Source: Desulfatiglandales bacterium
GTDB lineage: Bacteria > Desulfobacterota > DSM-4660 > Desulfatiglandales > HGW-15
Assembly (NCBI GenBank): GCA_963667015.2
Contig: CAXXJJ010000004.1
Span: forward strand, 3,008,001-3,072,000
Direction of reading: 5' to 3'
Length of the DNA stretch: 64,000 bases
In this document: positions 60,216-64,000 of the stretch, in pieces
Layout: every line of letters starts with the position of its first letter
How positions within the stretch are numbered: position 1 is the first letter of the stretch
Made by a program: the position numbers and the translations under genes
Notes under the pieces: model-generated
The model's database searches: none
The model's input: the letters and a program-made list of their open reading frames with translations, nothing else
What the model was told of the DNA's origin: nothing

Positions 60216-61259
60216 ATGAAAAATATAAATATCAGCCGCAGAAAGTTCCTTATCAGATCCGCGACCGGAGCAGCAGGATTGTTTGCTGCCCCTTATCTTG
60301 GTATAAATATTTGGGCAAAGGAGAAAAGCAATCCCATCCGGATAGCCGTTGAATTCAACAGTCATGCCGTACCCGCATATGTTGCAATCGATAAAAATTT
60401 TTATAAAGAAGAAGGTCTGAATTTCTCTGCCTATAAAAGTTATGCTACAGGAGCATCGCTTGCAGCCGGATTGATAAAAGGAGATATCGATGCAGCCTAT
60501 ATTTGTCTTATCCCGGCTGTAAACGCATTCGCAAACGCTGGTGTTCCTATAAAAGTAGTTTGCGTAACTCATTTATATGGTTATGGACTGGCCGTTAATC
60601 CTGAACTGATAAAGTCTGTTAAAGATCTGGAAAAACCGGAGATTCGCCTGGGAGGATTAAGAGAAGGCACGTCAGTAGATACAATAATCCATAAAACCAT
60701 GGATACCTATGCCATGGACAAACAAACGATCCTGTCAAAAATCAGACGGATGTCTCCATCAAAATCCCTTTTGGCCGTAAGAGCCGGTCAGCTTGATGCG
60801 GTTTTTCTTCCGGAACACTGGCTGACTATGACAGAGGGTTATGGTTATAAGGTTATACTTACTGCCCGTGACCTGTGGCCGGACATGATAGGAAGTGTTC
60901 TTGCCGTAAAGGATGAACTGATCCAGGATAACCCATCGATTGTTAACGGGCTTGTTAAAGCAACATTAAAGGCCACAGACTGGATGAATCAATACCCTGA
61001 AAAGAGTGCGTACCTTGCCGCAGGATATCTTTCCTTTGAAGATGAAAAAGTCCCCCTTTCAGAAGCTTTTGAGAATAAAGATGAGCTTAAAGTATCCGGG
61101 GAATACATTATGCGTTCAATGAAAAATCTCGATTATATCAATGCAATTAATAAAAGCGGGGTCCAGGACACCGTGGATTATGTTGCCGGCCTGGGCAATA
61201 TTAAAAAATCTTTTAATTCCGAAAAGATGCTTGATTTACAGTTCTTAAAACAGGGGTAA
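60216..61259 (+). CDS. ABC substrate-binding protein (NMT1/SsuA-like) with Tat signal
   Basis: SRRKFL twin-arginine motif; type-II periplasmic-binding-protein motifs. Confidence 0.88.
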   Translation: MKNINISRRKFLIRSATGAAGLFAAPYLGINIWAKEKSNPIRIAVEFNSHAVPAYVAIDKNFYKEEGLNFSAYKSYATGASLAAGLIKGDIDAAYICLIPAVNAFANAGVPIKVVCVTHLYGYGLAVNPELIKSVKDLEKPEIRLGGLREGTSVDTIIHKTMDTYAMDKQTILSKIRRMSPSKSLLAVRAGQLDAVFLPEHWLTMTEGYGYKVILTARDLWPDMIGSVLAVKDELIQDNPSIVNGLVKATLKATDWMNQYPEKSAYLAAGYLSFEDEKVPLSEAFENKDELKVSGEYIMRSMKNLDYINAINKSGVQDTVDYVAGLGNIKKSFNSEKMLDLQFLKQG

Positions 61260-61264
61260 ATATT

Positions 61265-62047
61265 TTGCATTTATTTACAATTGCTGTTCGAAAAACAATC
61301 TGGAAAATCCTCCCGGTTTTGGTCTTTTTTGCATTGTGGGAATTTATAGCACGTATTGACAGATTTTCCACATCCATGATTTTCCCTCCATTCAGCACTG
61401 TTATACTTGAAATCGTAGAATTGTTTAAAAGCGGTGTATTGTTTAATAATCTTGCAGATACGCTGTTCAGGGTTTTAACCGGACTTTGTGTGGGGACTAT
61501 AGCCGGAATTATTACAGGTATAGCAATGGGATGGAGGAAAGTCGTCGGCCACTCCCTGTCTCCTGTTATAAGTATCCTTTATCCCATACCTGCACTTGGC
61601 TGGCTGCCGCTTATGATGCTCTGGATAGGCATTAATGAGATGCTGCCAATTATGGTCATTACTATCAGCGCATTTTTCCCTGTATGCTACAACACGGCGT
61701 CAGGGGTACGTGATGTTGACCGGACGATCGTTAAAGCTGCTCATATGCTGGGGGCATCAGAAAAACGGATACTGTTTGAAGTAATACTTCCCAATGCAGC
61801 TCCGCAGGTGTTTGCGGGACTGAGGCTTTCATCCGGTATGGCATGGAGAACTGTTTTAGCAGCAGAAATGGTAGCTATCCCAACCGGCATCGGGGCACTG
61901 ATCATGAAGGGTGAAAGTCTTGTAAGAGTCGATATCATATTGTCCTGCCTTTTTATTCTTTCCATCCTTTGCCTTATCTTTGAAAAAATTCTGGAAGCAT
62001 TGGAAAAAAAATGGGTGGGAAAGTGGAGAAACTGTGCCGGAAATTAA
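61265..62047 (+). CDS. ABC permease (SsuC/TauC-like)
   Basis: PIPALGWLP, AAHMLGAS and AAEM motifs. Confidence 0.9.
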   Translation: MHLFTIAVRKTIWKILPVLVFFALWEFIARIDRFSTSMIFPPFSTVILEIVELFKSGVLFNNLADTLFRVLTGLCVGTIAGIITGIAMGWRKVVGHSLSPVISILYPIPALGWLPLMMLWIGINEMLPIMVITISAFFPVCYNTASGVRDVDRTIVKAAHMLGASEKRILFEVILPNAAPQVFAGLRLSSGMAWRTVLAAEMVAIPTGIGALIMKGESLVRVDIILSCLFILSILCLIFEKILEALEKKWVGKWRNCAGN

Positions 62048-63083
62048 GCTTGTAAATGTCTGTAAAAATAACTGTCTTGACCTTAACCTTACTATCAACG
62101 ATGGTGAATATTTTGTCATTGTTGGTGAAACCGGTGCAGGAAAGACAACTTTATTGAATATGATAGCGGGCGTTGTGAAATATTCAGGAACTGTTATGAT
62201 CGACGGGTGTAATATGAATCATCTTCCACCCTTTAAGCGAGGTGTCGGGTATCTTTTGCAGGAGCTGGCTCTTTTCCCGCATTATTCAGTAGAAGCTAAT
62301 ATCGCTTTCGGTCTAAGGGCTCAGGGATATGCAAAACCCATGATAAAAGAACTGGTCTCTTCTCTAATGAAAATGATGAATATTGATCATCTGGCCGGAC
62401 ATTATCCACACATGATTTCGGGAGGCGAAAAAAAAAGGGTAGCCCTGGCCCGTTCCCTTGCACCTTCCCCCAGGATTCTGCTGCTTGACGAACCGACCTC
62501 TAACCTGGATGCCCAGACAGCAAAATATTTACGAGGTGAGTTGCGCTCCCTCTTAAAAAAACTGGGAGTAACCACACTTCATGTCACTCATAATCTTAGA
62601 GAAGCCGAGGAAATTGCCGATCGAATAGCATTAATTTCAAACGGTGTAATCGAACAGGTTGCTGCACCTGTAGAACTATTTTTCAATCCCGCAAACACCT
62701 CTGTCGCTGAATTTCTGGGTATGCCCAATATTATGGAATGCAATGAAACTAGATCCCTTTCTTCAGGGCTGGTAGAAATTTTAATGAAAGACCTGATGAT
62801 AATACTGCCATATGACGGCAGAGCTATTGAAAAAATTGCAATCCCGCCTGATGCAGTCCATATTTACAATAAACGACCTGAACAACCAGTTTTAAACAGT
62901 TTCACAGGAACAGTGAAAGATATTATCCAAAAAAATTCAGCAGTGATACTGATACTTACAGTTGGTGAAAGCAGACTTGTCTCGGAATTACCAGCGAGAA
63001 TATTTGACAGCATGTCCATAGAATGTGGAGCAAAGGTATACGGAACAATAAAAATCGAGCGGCTACGTTATATCGGATCATAA
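62034..63083 (+). CDS. ABC ATP-binding protein with C-terminal TOBE-like domain
   Basis: GETGAGKT, ISGGEKKR and LLDEP motifs; GTG start at 62034. Confidence 0.9.
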   Translation: MPEIKLVNVCKNNCLDLNLTINDGEYFVIVGETGAGKTTLLNMIAGVVKYSGTVMIDGCNMNHLPPFKRGVGYLLQELALFPHYSVEANIAFGLRAQGYAKPMIKELVSSLMKMMNIDHLAGHYPHMISGGEKKRVALARSLAPSPRILLLDEPTSNLDAQTAKYLRGELRSLLKKLGVTTLHVTHNLREAEEIADRIALISNGVIEQVAAPVELFFNPANTSVAEFLGMPNIMECNETRSLSSGLVEILMKDLMIILPYDGRAIEKIAIPPDAVHIYNKRPEQPVLNSFTGTVKDIIQKNSAVILILTVGESRLVSELPARIFDSMSIECGAKVYGTIKIERLRYIGS

Positions 63084-63130
63084 AGAGTAAATATAAATTA
63101 TTCTTTATTCTCAACTTAGGAGGAGATTGT

Positions 63131-63504
63131 ATGGAAGAAAAGACAATGCTTAACACAAAGCAGTTGGCAGAATTTCTTCAAATCAATGAAAAGCACATAC
63201 CTGCAGTAAAAGTAACCGGGAAATGGCTTTTCCCCAAACACTTGTCGAGCAATGGCTCGACTAGCAGACCCTAAACCGACCCAGACCTTTACATAATCTT
63301 CCTCCCTACCATGGCCGGCTTATAATAACTGGAAGTAATGATTTACTGCTTGAAAGAACTATGTCTCTTTTTAATAAACAGTTCCCCGAGAATGCAGCTG
63401 TGTTTCTTGGCATGTTGCGGATCAATCCTTTTAAAGAACTGATTGAAAGCCTTGATGGATATGATTTGAGCATTACAGGTGAGGCAGTGTACTCTGAAAA
63501 ATAA
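63131..63504 (+). pseudogene. Excisionase-HTH + PBP-domain (molybdate/tungstate-type) regulator remnant
   Basis: MLNTKQLAEFLQINEK|HIPAVKVTGKWLFPK, then a frameshift and stop, then IITGSNDLLL...LDGYDLSITG; apparent large internal deletions. Confidence 0.7.
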
Positions 63505-63561
63505 TGATAGGCTAATTCATTATAATGCTCATCAACATATTATACATGCATGAACGCGTTC

Positions 63562-63580
63562 AAAACCTGCAATCACTGCT
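63562..63580. repeat. 19-bp direct repeat, right copy
   Basis: Identical to 58487-58505. Confidence 0.8.
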
Positions 63581-64000
63581 GTGTATCCAAGGGTTTTTAA
63601 GGCCACTAAAAGTTGGGAAATAATTGATATATTTCAAACTCAGAAATAAAATTTCGATACAATACATTTATCGCCCGGACAGTCCTATCATCCAATCTAT
63701 TGATATTGACTGAAATTTACAGATCGATATGCAGGACAATTACCTGGATGATACAAGTATTGATATTTTCTCAAACCTTTATGTTGGTCTGCAAATGAGC
63801 GCCTTCCAGAAAATTTATCTTCATCAATATTTACCTGTATTTCTGAAGAACCTCTTCCAGAGATATCGCCTTTATTTACATTATGTTAATAGCGGGTATG
63901 TTACCAAAAGAATTATCCGGATACAGGCATCTGAAAAAAGGATTTAATCCATTAAATGCCTGAAGACTATTTGGGTTTATTTGCTTTTACTAACAGCCCT

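Noticed and set aside
63729..63947. 72-aa ORF near the window end
   Set aside because: It has no RBS or motifs and is probably decayed sequence.

Overview
A 64-kb chromosomal window of moderate GC content. The gene content points to an anaerobic Desulfobacterota-like bacterium (inference). Housekeeping genes (pfk, priA, mtgA, mazG, pgi, rdgB, ilvE) are interleaved with four notable blocks. (1) An ~12-kb putative catabolic locus: TRAP transporter, FadR regulator, a pyrogallol-transhydroxylase-like Mo enzyme pair (large subunit split by a 1-nt frameshift) and a Tat-less acetylene-hydratase-like/4Fe-4S/NrfD membrane complex. (2) A HUH/Y1 (RAYT-like) transposase enclosed by long terminal inverted repeats, with REP-like hairpins and whole or broken toxin-antitoxin genes around it. 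(3) An Fe-S/Moco block: an unannotated selenocysteine HesB/IscA protein, a SufCB-like minimal system, and an iscU-iscS-rrf2-MOSC-fdhD operon whose IscS lacks the PLP-binding lysine. (4) A 5-kb porin/ABC/decayed-regulator segment bounded by a 19-bp direct repeat. Several families of short palindromic repeats, several pseudogenes and several apparently leaderless promoters are also visible. No rRNA, tRNA or CRISPR array was seen.
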